A stretch of 62,958 nt of DNA, filler included, from Guillardia theta CCMP2712 (lineage: Eukaryota; Protista; Cryptophyta): assembly GCF_000315625.1 (NCBI RefSeq). It is 5 parts of 4 records of this genome, joined end to end, with 100 filler letters (N's around TTAATTAATTAA, not from the genome) between each part and the next. Parts side by side here need not be neighbours in the genome. Positions count along the whole stretch, not along the records: positions 50,246 to 60,440 come from NW_005434531.1; positions 60,541 to 62,958 come from NW_005434584.1; 3 more parts are not named here. One strand, given 5' to 3'. Position 1 is the first letter of the stretch. The number at the start of each line of letters is the position of its first letter. Shown here piece after piece: positions 50,598-62,703 of the stretch. The notes below the pieces were generated by a model. It was given only the letters and a program-made list of their open reading frames with translations, was not told the DNA's origin and ran no database searches. The translations under genes and the position numbers were made by a program.

Positions 50598-53188
50598 CCT
50601 TCTTCTGGAATTCCTTCGAGAGCTCGATCGGAGAATTGCCAGCTGCCCACACGCACAAGCTGTACCTGAGTAGAAGGTCAGGAGTGGGAGACGACAACAT
50701 CAGCGTGAATGCTCGAGAGAGCGTGAAGGACAGAAGGGTGATGGAGATAACGGAGGCAAGAAGGATTCGAACAAGGAAGGGGAGAAATAGAGAAGCTCTT
50801 GAGATGTAGCAAGGGAGGATATGGGGAAGGGAAAAGAAACGATCAAGGAGCAGGGAAGGGGATAGAAATCTCAGCACTTGGTAGTGATAGTAGTTGTTGT
50901 CTTGTCCGGGTTGCGGATGTTGTATCTGATCTCCTTCGCGCTGACTTCTTCCACCCGAGCATTGAGTAACACCTTGACCCCCTGGGACAGGAGCGATCGG
51001 AGAGCCATGGCCTGCCAGTTGACACGTTTAGCAAGAGAAGAGGAAGGGGAGGAGGAGGAGGAGGAGGAGGAGGAGGAGGAGCAGGGGAAAGAGGGGAGGG
51101 AGCAGAGATATGCATGTCGAATGTGCAGGAAAAAAGGGCAGGAAATGAAGAGGTGGGAGGGGAAGAGGATCAGGAGTACCTGCATGGTCTCGTCGAACTG
51201 GTTGAGCAGAGCGTCTCCAGCCTGAATCAATTCGGTGCGGACGAAGGGAACAAGTTGGGGGTAGTATCTGAACAAATGAGGACACGTCAAGCTCAGAGGT
51301 CAGAGCGATAACACGGAAGTCATGTGGAGAGGGGAGCGGAGGGGAAGAAGGTGCAAAGAGGAGCAACGAGGAGGAAAGAAGGAGAGGAGGAGAAGAAGAA
51401 GGGAGAGGAGAGAAGGATAGAGAGAAGAGAAGGGGAGTGGAGGGAAGGGATAGACGGAGAAGAAAAGGGAAGAGGAGTGGATGAGAGGGAAAAGAAGGGG
51501 AGAGGAGGGGAGAAAAGGTGAAGAAACCTCTTCAAGTCTTCGTTCAAGAAGTCGAAGAATTCACCGGAGAATTCAACGCCCGTTGGGCCTCCGCCGACCA
51601 CTACGAATGAGAGTCTGCATGCCAATCTGTCAACCTTTTCCCTCGACGCCCCTGAACTTGACTGATCCAGTGTACTGCTCATTCTCACGGTCGCGTAATC
51701 TACAGTCTTCCTTGTCCTCCTCCTCCTCCTCCTCCTTGCCCTCCTCCTTCTCCTTTTCCTTCTTGCCCTCCTGCTCGTGTTGCTCGCCTACTGCTTCTCT
51801 CTTTGCAGGCGTGTGGCCAACTTACAGCTCCCTCCTCTCTTCATCCGTCAGGTTGGGCAGGCTCGCACTCTCAAACTTGTCGATGATGGCCGACCTGACC
51901 CAACATGCGCATGTGAGCGATGGGAATGAGAACAGTCGTCATGCGAGACCTCAATCTCTTGGCATCGTTGATGTCCTTGAGGAAGAAGCAATGCTCCTTC
52001 ACTCCTGGAGTTCCAAACCTACGGCAAGCATCTTAACTCATCACCAACCTCACAGCAAACAACAGCTTCTCCTCACGTGTTGATCTTCATTCCCAGTCCA
52101 AGGACAAGGTAATCATAGGACAAGTCGAACTCTCTGTCGAACCCTTCAAAGACAGGTTTGCACCGAATCGTCTGCCGTACCACGTCACAAATCGGATTGT
52201 CAACCCACCAGCTCCATGACAACAGACGCACAACCTTACGATCCGCATCGATGCTCGTGATCGACGCCTCATGGTACGTCACACAAGGGTTCGCAGACCT
52301 CATCGGCTCAGTGATGCTCCTGTACTCCACTGCCACATCCCACATCAACTCTCCCGTCGTCAGCGCAGGGGAGCAAGTACCAGTTCCAACAGAGGCGGAA
52401 GCTAGCATGGGCGTGAAGATGAAGTAGCTCCTGGGAGACACACAGACGACGTCCAACACGCTCGTGTCGATGATCTTGAGCATAGCATGCGCTCCCCACC
52501 CAGATCCTGCTATGACAACCCGAGGCTTCCGCTCTCCTTGTCCGCTGTTCATGTGCGCCATGGAGCTTGCTTCGCGCGACAAGTGAAGCCCAATGTCAAG
52601 GGCAGTGTCGTAGAGGCGGTGGAAGGCTATGTCGATGATAGAGTCGTCCTTCAAGATCTCTGCAGGAACAATCAACTCACCGCCCTTCTCCTCCCTCCCT
52701 GCTCCAAACATTCCTCTCCACTGTACTCTTCCACACATTCCTCTCCACTGTACTCTTTAACATATTCCTCTCCACTGTACTCTTCCACACATTTCTCTGC
52801 ACTGTACTCTTCCACACATTTCTCTCCACTGTACTCTTCCTCTTCCTCCATCCCCCTCCTCCAATGACCTGCCAGTCTCATGCGAGTCTCAGTGTTCTCC
52901 ACCGAGGTATCGGGGAGATCTCCATAGGGTCCCTGTCAGGACAGCGTCAGGACCAGCACCACTCAGCCATGGCTCTCGGCATCACCATCGGTATCATCGT
53001 CTCAGGGATTTTGGTTCTAGTGTAGGCGGTTTTTCTTGTAGGGAGCACCTCAATCTCTTCAGCGGGGTGATGCTTGATCGCGCCCTTGCCGGAGACAGCA
53101 GGCAAGGCTGCATGAACGCATCTATGGCTTCGAACAGCATGAACGATGCCAACAGGTAACAGGAAGCCGCCATGGCCAAACGCCTCAT
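50598..53188 (-). CDS. Type II NAD(P)H dehydrogenase (NDH-2), probably plastid-targeted; C-terminus missing
   Basis: KPRVVIAGSGWGA...[62 protein letters not shown]; presequence MRRLAMAASCYLLASFMLFEAIDA/F plus Ser/Arg-rich transit peptide. Confidence 0.93.
52709..52840 (+). repeat. Intronic 27-bp minisatellite x5 (CATTCCTCTCCACTGTACTCTTCCACA)
   Basis: Five tandem copies with few substitutions inside an NDH-2 intron. Confidence 0.9.
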
Positions 53189-53439
53189 CTTCAGCAAATG
53201 TCAGGTTTGTTCGGTTTGACGTCATGTCCGCACTTCAACAAAACAACACAAAGACAGACATCTATCACATCGCATCATCCCCCCCTCCTTTCTTCTCCTT
53301 CATCTATTCTCCTTCCTCCTCTCTCCCCCTCCCCCCCTTCACCCCCTCCCTCCTCCTCCTCCTCCTCGTAGTCTTCGATCGTTCCACAGCTTCCTCCATT
53401 TCCAATTCACACCTCCACCCTACCCATCCCCTTTCTTGC

Positions 53440-53925
53440 TGACGGTACCCCACAAATTCTCTGACTACCCCTCAATAATACTATTTTCAACCCGTCCTTT
53501 AGACATAAGAAAAGGACGCTCCATCACGGGTCCTACCCCCACCCCCATTATTTGACTGGAGTACGTTGCGCCTCTATACCTTGCGCCTCTATATCATTCC
53601 TATTGTTGTTTCGGACCCTAGAGGGGGGGGGGGGGGGGTAATAAATAATAAGTGACACAAACCATCGGCATTTTATTAGTTTTGTCTTATAGAGGAGCCT
53701 GACTCAAAATGAAGGGTGGGGGTAGTCCTACTACGGGTGATTTGAGTAGGTGAAGATAGGGGTGACGCTCAGGCGGATCTGGGGGAGGTCAGGGCCCTGC
53801 CAAAGGATCAGGGCGGGGACGAGGGTGCGGTCGGAGCGTTGAACCGGACTCCCGGACTCAACCAGCCACTGAGGACTGAGTCACGGGCCTGGCACGACCG
53901 GCGGTGGCCCGGGTTAAGTTACTGT
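53440..53925. promoter_or_regulatory. ACCCC to GGGGT block followed by CCGG/TGAGTCA-rich block upstream of NDH-2
   Basis: Same composition as 8640-9480 and 15275-15820; TGACTCA ~53700, TGAGTCA ~53877. Confidence 0.4.
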
Positions 53926-54143
53926 TTCCAAATTTCGTCATTTATTCCAAAAGGAGCCTAAAAAAGGACCGGGCGCGACAGCCAGTGATGTCAAAGCGAG
54001 CTGAAGGAGAGAGAGAGCCTCAGATTCCAAGTCTGTCGTGCAACATCTGCTGACTCGATTGAAGATCGACTGCCTCGTGATGGATTGCATCAGGAGTAGC
54101 GTTCCTTCGCACTGCGGACTATATTTTGACCGGGCTGAGCATC

Positions 54144-55703
54144 TTAGTAGCGTCGTCGGTCGTCAGGAGGAGGAGGTCTCTCAGCATAGGCATCGCGGCC
54201 GCGGCCATAGTTACGATCGTTACCTCCTCGGGAGCCACGATCGTCATAGCCTCGCCCTCCTTCATCGTACCGGCTGGAATGACCTCCGTAGCCCCTGCTC
54301 CGATCGTCGTAGCGCTCGCGGCTTCTGCCTCCTCCCCTCCGATCATCGTAGCGATCGCGGGTGTCGGGGTAGCCACGGTCGTCACGTGAGCGCCCGCGGT
54401 CATCGTAACTGCGCGAGTATCCACGTCCTCCGCGGTCATCGTAACGGTCAGAGCGGCCGTAGTCATCGCGACTGTCTCTCCTCCTGTCGTCTCGCTCACG
54501 GCTCCTTGGCCTGAACTCTGTGAGACAGATTGCAGCGAAGCAGAGGCTTTCACCTTCCACGATCATCGCTCCTGCCAGTTCCATACTTGCTCGAGGCTGA
54601 TCGTGGGCCCATGTAAGTGCCTGGAAAGAAACTTAGCCTCCACGTGATTGTCAGATTTCTCCTACACACCTGGAGTCTTGTCATGGGGCTTGGAGCGCCT
54701 GAACAGCAGTGTAAAAATAAAATTCGGATCAAGATGTATGTCTCTACCTGCTCTTCTGGATAGTGATTGCACGGTCTGCAACGACGACGTCTTGCAACTC
54801 TGAGAGCGGTTCAACCTTCTGCACCCATTCCATTCCTTCAATGTATACCTCGCATCGCAGTATCGGCAGCCTCTACCAGACAAAAACCCGTCAGTTCAAG
54901 CAAAACGTAATTTTGCACCCATGATTGCATGCGATCAACAACCAAGCACAGAGCGCACTTACCAGGATCTTCGAAGTTCACGAAGCCGAAGCCACGAGAT
55001 TCGCCATGAGGCCAACGCTGGACAGAAACGCTCTGGAGCTAAAATACAAGATATAAGCTTCCAACGGAAAAAGACGCGGGCAAATTATGTCAAGATTACC
55101 TTTCCGAACTTGGAGAAGACATCGGAAAGTTCAGGCGTGTTGCAGCGGAAACTGCAAAGACAAAAATCAAGAGGAAAAATGGCTTGTTTAACCTTCTACC
55201 TCAAGTTGGCAACGTAAAGACTGGTGCCTTCACTGCTTTTCTCCTGGGTAGGGCGATCTCCCCTTCTGCCACGAGAGTCCGAGCGCTCACGTTCACGATC
55301 ATCTCGATCTCCGCGTCCACGTTCACGCTCCCAATCTCTGTGGTTGGCAACCCCGCCATATGTTCGCGTTAGTTGTGAGCGCTGGACCATCAGGCTGACA
55401 AAGCATGCTGAAAGATGTTGGGCAGTGGACAACACGTAGAGAAACAAGACGTTCTGAGCTGCTGTGAAACTTCTGACAAATTCCATCTAACACTGCGCAC
55501 ATCTTGTTCCAACGTATTTGCATAGCTGAATGAGACAAAAACACCAGACAATCGCTGCAGAGTATGGAGACTGATGAAAGACGTGTTCTTTGCTGGGCTA
55601 CAATCCCGCCTTTTTTGCTGCACCTGGGTGGACTGTCGTCTTGACGACGTTCTCCTCTTGTTCCTTCAGCAGCTTCACGATCGTCGGCGTTTTCTGAGCT
55701 CAT
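54144..55703 (-). CDS. Transformer-2 / SR45a-like RRM splicing factor, multi-exon
   Basis: RNP2 LYVANL, RNP1 ESRGFGFV, post-RRM linker SRRSKPHDKTPGTYMG (Tra2/SR45a TPGxYxG signature), R/D/G/S-rich flanks. Confidence 0.85.
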
Positions 55704-56469
55704 TTTCTATAGCAAAATAGTAAATGCAAGAGATCACATTTGATCTGATAGATCACCTGCTTTGCACAACAGCAGGTAGTGGACAAGAAGATAGAAACCA
55801 AAGTCAAATGAGGCGTTCAACCAAAAGATCCAAAATGACACCTATTGCTAATCATGTCAGATTTCATCATCCAAACAAAGAGATATGTGCTTTCGAGCAC
55901 AAAACAGGAAAACATCTTCAGCGCTGTAATGGGATGGAGCAGATGAAGAAAGATGTCATGACGATGAGTTGATCTCTGACTTACGAGGCTACTGAGACTA
56001 GAATAATTAACATAGAATCACATGAAAGGCGGAGCATGTACGGATCAGCCGTTGGAGATGAAATGAAAAGGGGATAAGACTTGCACGAGTCGGAGAAGAG
56101 TAACGATGGCAACGGGGAAGAAGAGGAACAGAGGAAAGGATGGTGAACGAAAACAACAAAGACAGGAACACACAACACGTAAGACCAGGACGTATCCATC
56201 AATGCGGAGGAGGGGGGGGGGGGGGAGGAGGAGGGGGGGGGGGGATTCTTGCCACCCGAAATCTGGAAGGGGACGGGGCAAAAGATTGAAAAGGAGCGGA
56301 TCACGAGTACCAGGGTGGATGGTTCCAGGAACAGTGACAAACAACTTGTGCATGGGATCAGGACGTGTTTCATCACGAATGATGAGAAGAAGGATGAGCA
56401 GCAAGAGCAAGAGCATTGGCGAGTAGCTGCAGCAGCGGCATGGTCAACAAATCAGCATGACGGGCTTTG

Positions 56470-57010
56470 CCTCTCCTCTCCCCACTACCTACCTACGAGG
56501 AAACCGATACGATGTAGTACCCCTACCATCGAATTACCATGTATCTACCCCTACTTTTACATCCATTTGGGTACCCTACCCTGCTTCGTCAACATCCACC
56601 CCTCCTTCCCTGAGGACCTGACCCTTGAGCCCATTATTTGTGTAAAAGGTAGGGGTACTTGATGGAAAGGCAGCAAACACAAGAGCGGGTGGTATCCTAC
56701 CCCTTTAAAAATCCCAGTTTTTGAACGATAAAGGAGGGGTGTATAGCAAAGTACTACCCCTACCCACCTTCTCGTCTGATCATCATTGATACCACCGGTA
56801 CTAGAAGAGTATTTAATAGGGGTGATCAACAGAGATCGATAGGGGTGGTCTGCCTGTTGGTTGAGGGGTCCAATCTTAAATAGCTGGGGGGCATTATCCC
56901 AATCCCAGGGGGTGGTGTTATCTCAGGGGGTAGTCAGGGTGGAGAAGGGTGGGGTGATTTTTGGTAGTTCGCAGGGACGGGGGAGCAAGAAGGTGGGTGG
57001 TTCTAGTCAG
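56470..57010. promoter_or_regulatory. Divergent intergenic block switching from ACCC-rich to GGGGT-rich
   Basis: Strand-asymmetric motif flips at ~56800 between the Tra2-like gene (-) and the secreted-protein gene (+). Confidence 0.4.
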
Positions 57011-57028
57011 GGGTTGTGTCTCCTCGAA

Positions 57029-58575
57029 ATGGCTGTTCGCTACTCGAAGGTGACAGCTGCAGTCGCCGCCGCATGTCTCGTCCTTGGAGTGACTCAGGTG
57101 AGAGGAGGAGGAGGAGGAAGAAGAGAAGGAGTGGAATCCGATCAGCAGGGGAAAGATCAATCAGACCACAAGTTGTAGGAGCAGGGGAAGCGGGCTGTTG
57201 GACAATGGCAGAATCGGAGCAGGAGGGAGGGCTGATGAAACGAGGCAGAGGTTGGTGTGTGAGTCACACAGGGTGTGAAGGAAGGGGATACAACCCTGGA
57301 AACATCTCCTGGTAGCAAGCGATCGGATGTATCCTTACATCAGCGCATGGCAGATGTCTCAAAGGTCTTCTCCTTCCGTCCTCAAGCAGGACAAGGCCTC
57401 TGGCCATCAGGGAGTCAGTGAGTCGCAAGACTTGTCTGATTATATGCCTGGTGACATTTTCCTCCGAAGCCTACCAGCCGCTCCCCAAGTTCTCTCCCAT
57501 CGGCACTGATGCTGCCTTCATGGTAAGTTTCGGAGTTGTCGACTCTGAACCATTCCGCGTTCCTTACGTGCTCCCGTCGCACAGGGCAAGGGTGATGGCG
57601 AGGGCACCAGCGTTGCTGACAGGGCCAAGTTCCAGATGGTTGCTGTTTGTGCTCCTTGGAACTTCTGTGCTCATCATGTAACATAACAGCTTCCTGCCAT
57701 CAACATCAAGAACATCAAGAACATGAACATCGCTCAATGCAAGGTTGACAGAATCTCAGGCCCTGCCGCTCTCTGACGGGAGGATGATGCTGCAGGCCTG
57801 GGGAAGGCAATTCGCCAAGGCTCGCATGCACAGCCTCAAGGACAAGGTTGGAACCCCAAGTGACCGCCGGTGAGTTCCTTGGAAAGCCTTGCGGGGAGCT
57901 TGTGACCCGACTGCTTGCAGCATCGCTGCTCACTGCAGCCAGCTCATCCACAAGCAGATCGCTGACACCAAGGTGATGAACCCCGGTCCCCCTCCTACCC
58001 AGCTGACGTGTTGTCGTACCAGGATGCTATCGAGAAGAGGGATGCTGCCTTGAAGAAGGTCTGGGCTTGCAGCCCGCCTCTCTCCTCCTCACTCCTGCCT
58101 TGCAGTACTACAAGCCTCACTCCGCTGCCAAGGCCCCCGTCCAGGTCTCTCCAGCCCGAGGATCCTCATGGCACTGACCTGGTTGAGCAGAAGGCTGACA
58201 TCAAGAAGGCCCCAGTCGCTGTTGCTGCTGCTAAGACTCAGGTAGGAGGATGCACAGAGCTCCCAACTTGAGACGGGCCTGATCCGCCCATGTAGGTCAA
58301 GGCTCTCAAGTCGACTGTCCCCGGATGGAAGAGGATCGCTGGAGTTCCCATGCACCACAAGTTCGGCTTCAACAAGAAGCTCCACATGGGTGCCCTCGCT
58401 CAGTACAAGAGGGAGGAAGGTAAGAGCTAACCTAGCGCCGTGGTAGTTGCGTTGATGGAGATTGCAGTTGCCAACAAGGCCAGCAAGTCCATGAAGTACT
58501 TCAAGAAGGTAACGCTCGCCAAGTGCGATCCTGTCGACCGCTGACGGTGTCTTGCTATAGGTTGGACTGTACTAG
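57029..58575 (+). CDS. Basic Lys/Ala-rich secreted (or signal-anchored) orphan protein, ~13 short exons
   Basis: Signal-like MAVRYSKVTAAVAAACLVLGVTQ; phase-compatible exons ...YQPLPKFSPIGTDAAFM-GKGDG...AWGRQFAKARMHSLKDK...SMKYFKK-VGLY*; strong AAG/GCC/GCT codon bias. Confidence 0.75.
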
Positions 58576-58803
58576 ACATCCAGCCGGGAGGGATATACGA
58601 AGGGCCTGGGAAACTTTTGAATCCACTTGTACGTTGCCGCAGAATGTACAATGGCTCCTTGAATGAAGAACCTGTCTAGCAGCAGAAAATTTATGTGCTG
58701 ATTGCTCGCAATGGCATCGGGTGCTTCACACTTGCAGAGATTGCACATCGCAATACTTTACAGGATGACTTCTCGTCATCATCCAGAGACTTCTACGGCT
58801 ACC

Positions 58804-59837
58804 TCACGCTCTATCAAGACGCGGCAGATCGAACACAGCGGTTGTCCGTCCATACGTGCATCCTCCAAGACGAGACTGCATACAATCTCAGTTCAAGGCG
58901 CCTGCCTCCCCTCTCTCTCTCTCTCCTCACTCCCTCTCTCCCTCTCTCTCCTCCCTCCTCACCAGGGGCTTCAAGGCATCGAAGTTCACCGTCGGCTTGC
59001 CTTCACCCGCTCCTGCTGCTCATGAGCAAACATCTCACTGACCGCAGCCTCGGTCTCACCGTTCATTTCTAGTACACCCTCATGGACATGGAACGCGACT
59101 ATCTCTCCAATCACAACCTGTCGACAAGACCTCCCATCAGGGCCAGCAAAAGAAGCTCGGTCAGTGAAGCTACCCTACCGTGGTGGTGACCTTCCCTTGC
59201 GCGTTCTTCATGTCGTACTGGTGGATCAGGCGGCATTCGAAGTTGAGCGCAGACTCTGCCACACGAGGGGGGGAGATGATCTTGGAGGGCAGGGGCGTCA
59301 GGCCAGCCACATCCATCTCGTTCACTTCGGGTGGGAAGTTGCCTGCAAGTAGAGTGTCATCAGAGTCTGCCAGTGGGTTCGAGAGCTCTCACCGCAAGTA
59401 TGGTTTGCTGACTCTGCGTACCATTCTGACATGATATTGACCACGAACTCCTTCGTATCCAGGATGTTTGCGAGCGTATCCTTCATGACGTCCCCCGCCT
59501 TCCTGCAGCATGAGACCACGATGGCCGGCGGATCATGGGAGATGGCGCCGGTGTAGCTGTAAGGAGCCACATTGACATGCCCTGCAGCTGACTTGGAGGA
59601 GACGAGGGCAATAGGACGAGGTACATATGCTGAGATGATCAGCGGGTAGCAGGACTTGAGCTCTGAAGGGAGGAGGGTTACGTGCCTGCCGGGATATGGA
59701 ATAGGCTGATTCTCTCCGGCCTTCCATGAAGGATGGGGAGGAGATTCCTTCACAACATGCCGCTTGCGCCTTGAGAAGTAGAGGAACGCAAAGAATGCTC
59801 CTGCAGAAGTTGCCAGGACCGTCTTGAGCTCGAACAT
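58804..59837 (-). CDS. Flavin reductase-like FMN-binding split-barrel protein (DIM6/NTAB family) with N-terminal membrane anchor
   Basis: VPRPIALVSS...NVAPYSY...DPP...KDTLANILDTKEFVVNI...PPRVAESALNFECRL...VIGEIVAFHV...SRLGGCTYG...FDLPR. Confidence 0.92.
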
Positions 59838-60305
59838 CCTGCCAGCAATCGAATTGTTAAGCATTTGTTTCCCGCTCTCCCCTCCATTCACTCCTCTATT
59901 CCACCCATTCACATCACCAACACCCACCCTTTTTCTAGACCCCTCCCTATCCTCTTTTTGCTCCCCTCCCCTCCCCTCTCCTCCTCTGCCCTCCTCCCGT
60001 ATCCTGCCTTGCCCTCCCCTGCCCTCCCCTGCCCTCCCCTGCCCTCCCCTGCCCTGCCCTGCCCTCCCCTGCCCTCCCCTCCCCTCCCCTCCCCTCCCCT
60101 CCTCTCCCTCCTCCTCTCCTCCCCTCCCCTCCCCTCCCCTCCCCTCCCCTCCCTCTCCCTCTCCCTCTCCCTCTCGCTCATCATATCCCGCGATCCTTCT
60201 TTATATGACCTCGTCCTGCAAAATGCAAGGGCTTGATAGTCTGCGCGGGGATGAGGGTAACCGATATGAGGCCATGGCAGGATGAAGGATCAGGAGCATC
60301 GGGGA

Positions 60306-60384
<79 letters not shown>

Positions 60385-60440
60385 TCAGAGAGGGTATGGA
60401 GATCCTTTGAAATTCCCCTGCATTACGTTATGGACAAGAA

Positions 60441-60540
60441 NNNNNNNNNNNNNNNNNNNNNNNNNNNNNNNNNNNNNNNNNNNNTTAATTAATTAANNNN
60501 NNNNNNNNNNNNNNNNNNNNNNNNNNNNNNNNNNNNNNNN
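60441..60540. other. Artificial contig linker N44-TTAATTAATTAA-N44
   Basis: Linker 12-mer at 60485-60496. Confidence 0.95.
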
Positions 60541-61556
60541 TATCTCTATCTCTATCTCTATCTCTACCTCTATCTCTATCTCTATCTCTACCTCTATCTC
60601 TATCTCTATCTCTACCTTTATCTCTATCTCTATCTCTACCTCTATCTCTATCTCTATCTCTACCTCTATCTCTATCTCTATCTCTATCTCTATCTCTATC
60701 TCTATCTCTATCTCTACCTCTATCTCTATCTCTACCTCTATCTCTACTTCTATCTCTATCTCTACCTCTATCTCTACTTCTATCTCTATCTCTACCTCTA
60801 TCTCTATCTCTATCTCTACCTCTATCTCTATCTCTATCTCTATCTCTACCTCTATTTCTATCTCTATCTCTATCTCTACCTCTACCTCTACCTCTATCTC
60901 TACCTCTATCTCTATCTCTATCTCTATCTCTATCTCTATCTCTATCTCTATCTCTATCTCATTCTCTATCTCTATCTCTACCTCTATCTCTATCTCTATC
61001 TCTACCTCTATCTCTATCTCTACCTCTATCTCTACCTCTACCTCTATCTCTATCTCTACCTCTACCTCTATCTCTACCTCTATCTCTATCTCTACCTCTA
61101 TCTCTATCTCTACCTCTATCTCTACCTCTATCTCTATCTCTATCTCTATCTCTATCTCTACCTCCATCGCTACCTTTATCTCTATCTCTATCTCTATCTC
61201 TATCTCTATCTCTATCTCTATCGTCTATCTCTACCTCTATCTCTATCTCTACCTCTACCTCTATCTCTACCTCTATCTCTATCTCTATCTCTATCTCTAT
61301 CTCTACCTCTATCTCTACCTCTATCTCTACTTTATCTCTATCTCTATCTCTACCTCTATCGTCTATCTCTATCTCTATCTCTACCTCTATCTCTATCTCT
61401 ACCTCTATCTCTATCTCTACCTCTATCTCTACCTCTATCTCTACCTCTATCTCTATCTCTACCTCTATCTCTATCTCTATCTCTACCTCTATCTCTATCT
61501 CTATCTCTATCTCTACCTCTATCTCTACCTCTATCTCTATCTCTATCTCTATCTCT
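60541..61556 (+). repeat. ~1-kb (TCTATC/TCTACC)n hexamer satellite
   Basis: Two interspersed hexamer variants; ends before a pyrimidine tract and CAG acceptor at ~61596, so probably intronic. Confidence 0.97.
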
Positions 61557-61596
61557 TTCTCTTCTTTTTCTCTCATCATTTCGCTTTTCTGTGCAG

Positions 61597-62580
61597 GTAC
61601 GGGAGATCGAGGATCGCGAGACTGCCCTCACCAACATGGGGGGACATGGGAGGTCACGTCCCTCGTCCCCTCCCTGTCGAGCCCTCTTACCCTGAGGGCA
61701 GGCTGGATGAGCTGGCGACAGCAGCTGGGAAGCGACTGGAGGGGGCGACAGCAGCTGGGAAACGACTGGAGGGGACGGGGGAGACGAGCCAGCAGAACTC
61801 TCTACCTCTGCCTGAAGTGGACGAGTCGACCGATGATGATGACGAGGAGGAGGAGGAGGTGACGATTGGATCATTTAAATTTGGTGAGCTGACCGCGTCT
61901 GCAGGACAAACAGGCGGGTGGACGACAGGGACAGAGAAGGCCTGTACCTCCTCCTCCTGCCCTCGCTGGAGCAAAGAAGCTCAAGGTGAGAAGAGGGTCT
62001 GACTTGGCGCGTCGCTGAGTGAGCCGGTAGGATGGGGAAGGAAATGAGAGCAAGGGCGAGGGAGGGAGGGGAAGACCTCAAGCTCCTCAGACCGTCGACC
62101 TCGATAGCTTCATGGAGGAGAAGCGAAGGAGAGAAGAGCGAGAGAGGAGGATGGAGGGATCAGAGAACGGCAGGACAAGAGGGAGAGAAGTGATGGGGAG
62201 GAGAGAGGAGGAGGAGGAGGAGGGAGGGGAGCGGGAGGGAATGAGTGAGGATGAGGATTCTTCTACGGAGAGCGAGAACGAGATTAGGAAGGAGGAGGGA
62301 AAGCAGAGCGAAACGAACCGTCCGAAAGAGAAGAAGGGAGGAATGTTGAAGAGAGTGGCTGATATTGCTGTAAAGATGGTGAGCCTCCTATTCCTATGCA
62401 CATCCCTCCCTCCTTCCTCCTCCTCCTCCTCCTCCTCCACATCATCATCATCCTTTTTTCCTCCTCCTCCTCCTCCTCCTTCCTCCTCCTCTCTGAACGA
62501 GTGGCAGATGGTCAAGCATGCCTCTGAGGACATGTGGACAGCAGCTGAGAGAGATCCCGAGCTGGAGGGCATGAGGGGAG
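61597..62580 (+). CDS. Fragment of an acidic low-complexity hypothetical protein
   Basis: Exon-like ORFs 61646-62002 and 62112-62378 with GT donors; no family recognised. Confidence 0.35.
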
Positions 62581-62703
62581 GAGGGAGAGGATGAGGAGGA
62601 GGAGGAAAACAGGATGATGATGATGTGGAGGAGGAGGAGGAGGAGGAGGAAGGAGGGAGGGATGTGAATAGGAATAGGAGGCTCACAATAACGGCAGCAA
62701 TCT
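62361..62703. repeat. ~110-bp inverted repeat (62361-62471 / 62593-62703), ~120-bp spacer
   Basis: GTGAGCCTCCTATTCCTATGCACATCCC... is reverse-complemented by ...GGGATGTGAATAGGAATAGGAGGCTCAC with few mismatches. Confidence 0.9.

Noticed and set aside
54038-54553. Overlapping antisense and alternative-frame ORFs over the Tra2-like last exon
   Set aside because: Shadow ORFs expected from GC-rich R/D/G repeats.
60493-61579. Long EI/RD-repeat ORFs, and other poly-amino-acid ORFs (QE, PA, SC, poly-D, poly-M)
   Set aside because: Stop-free translations of microsatellites, mostly intronic.
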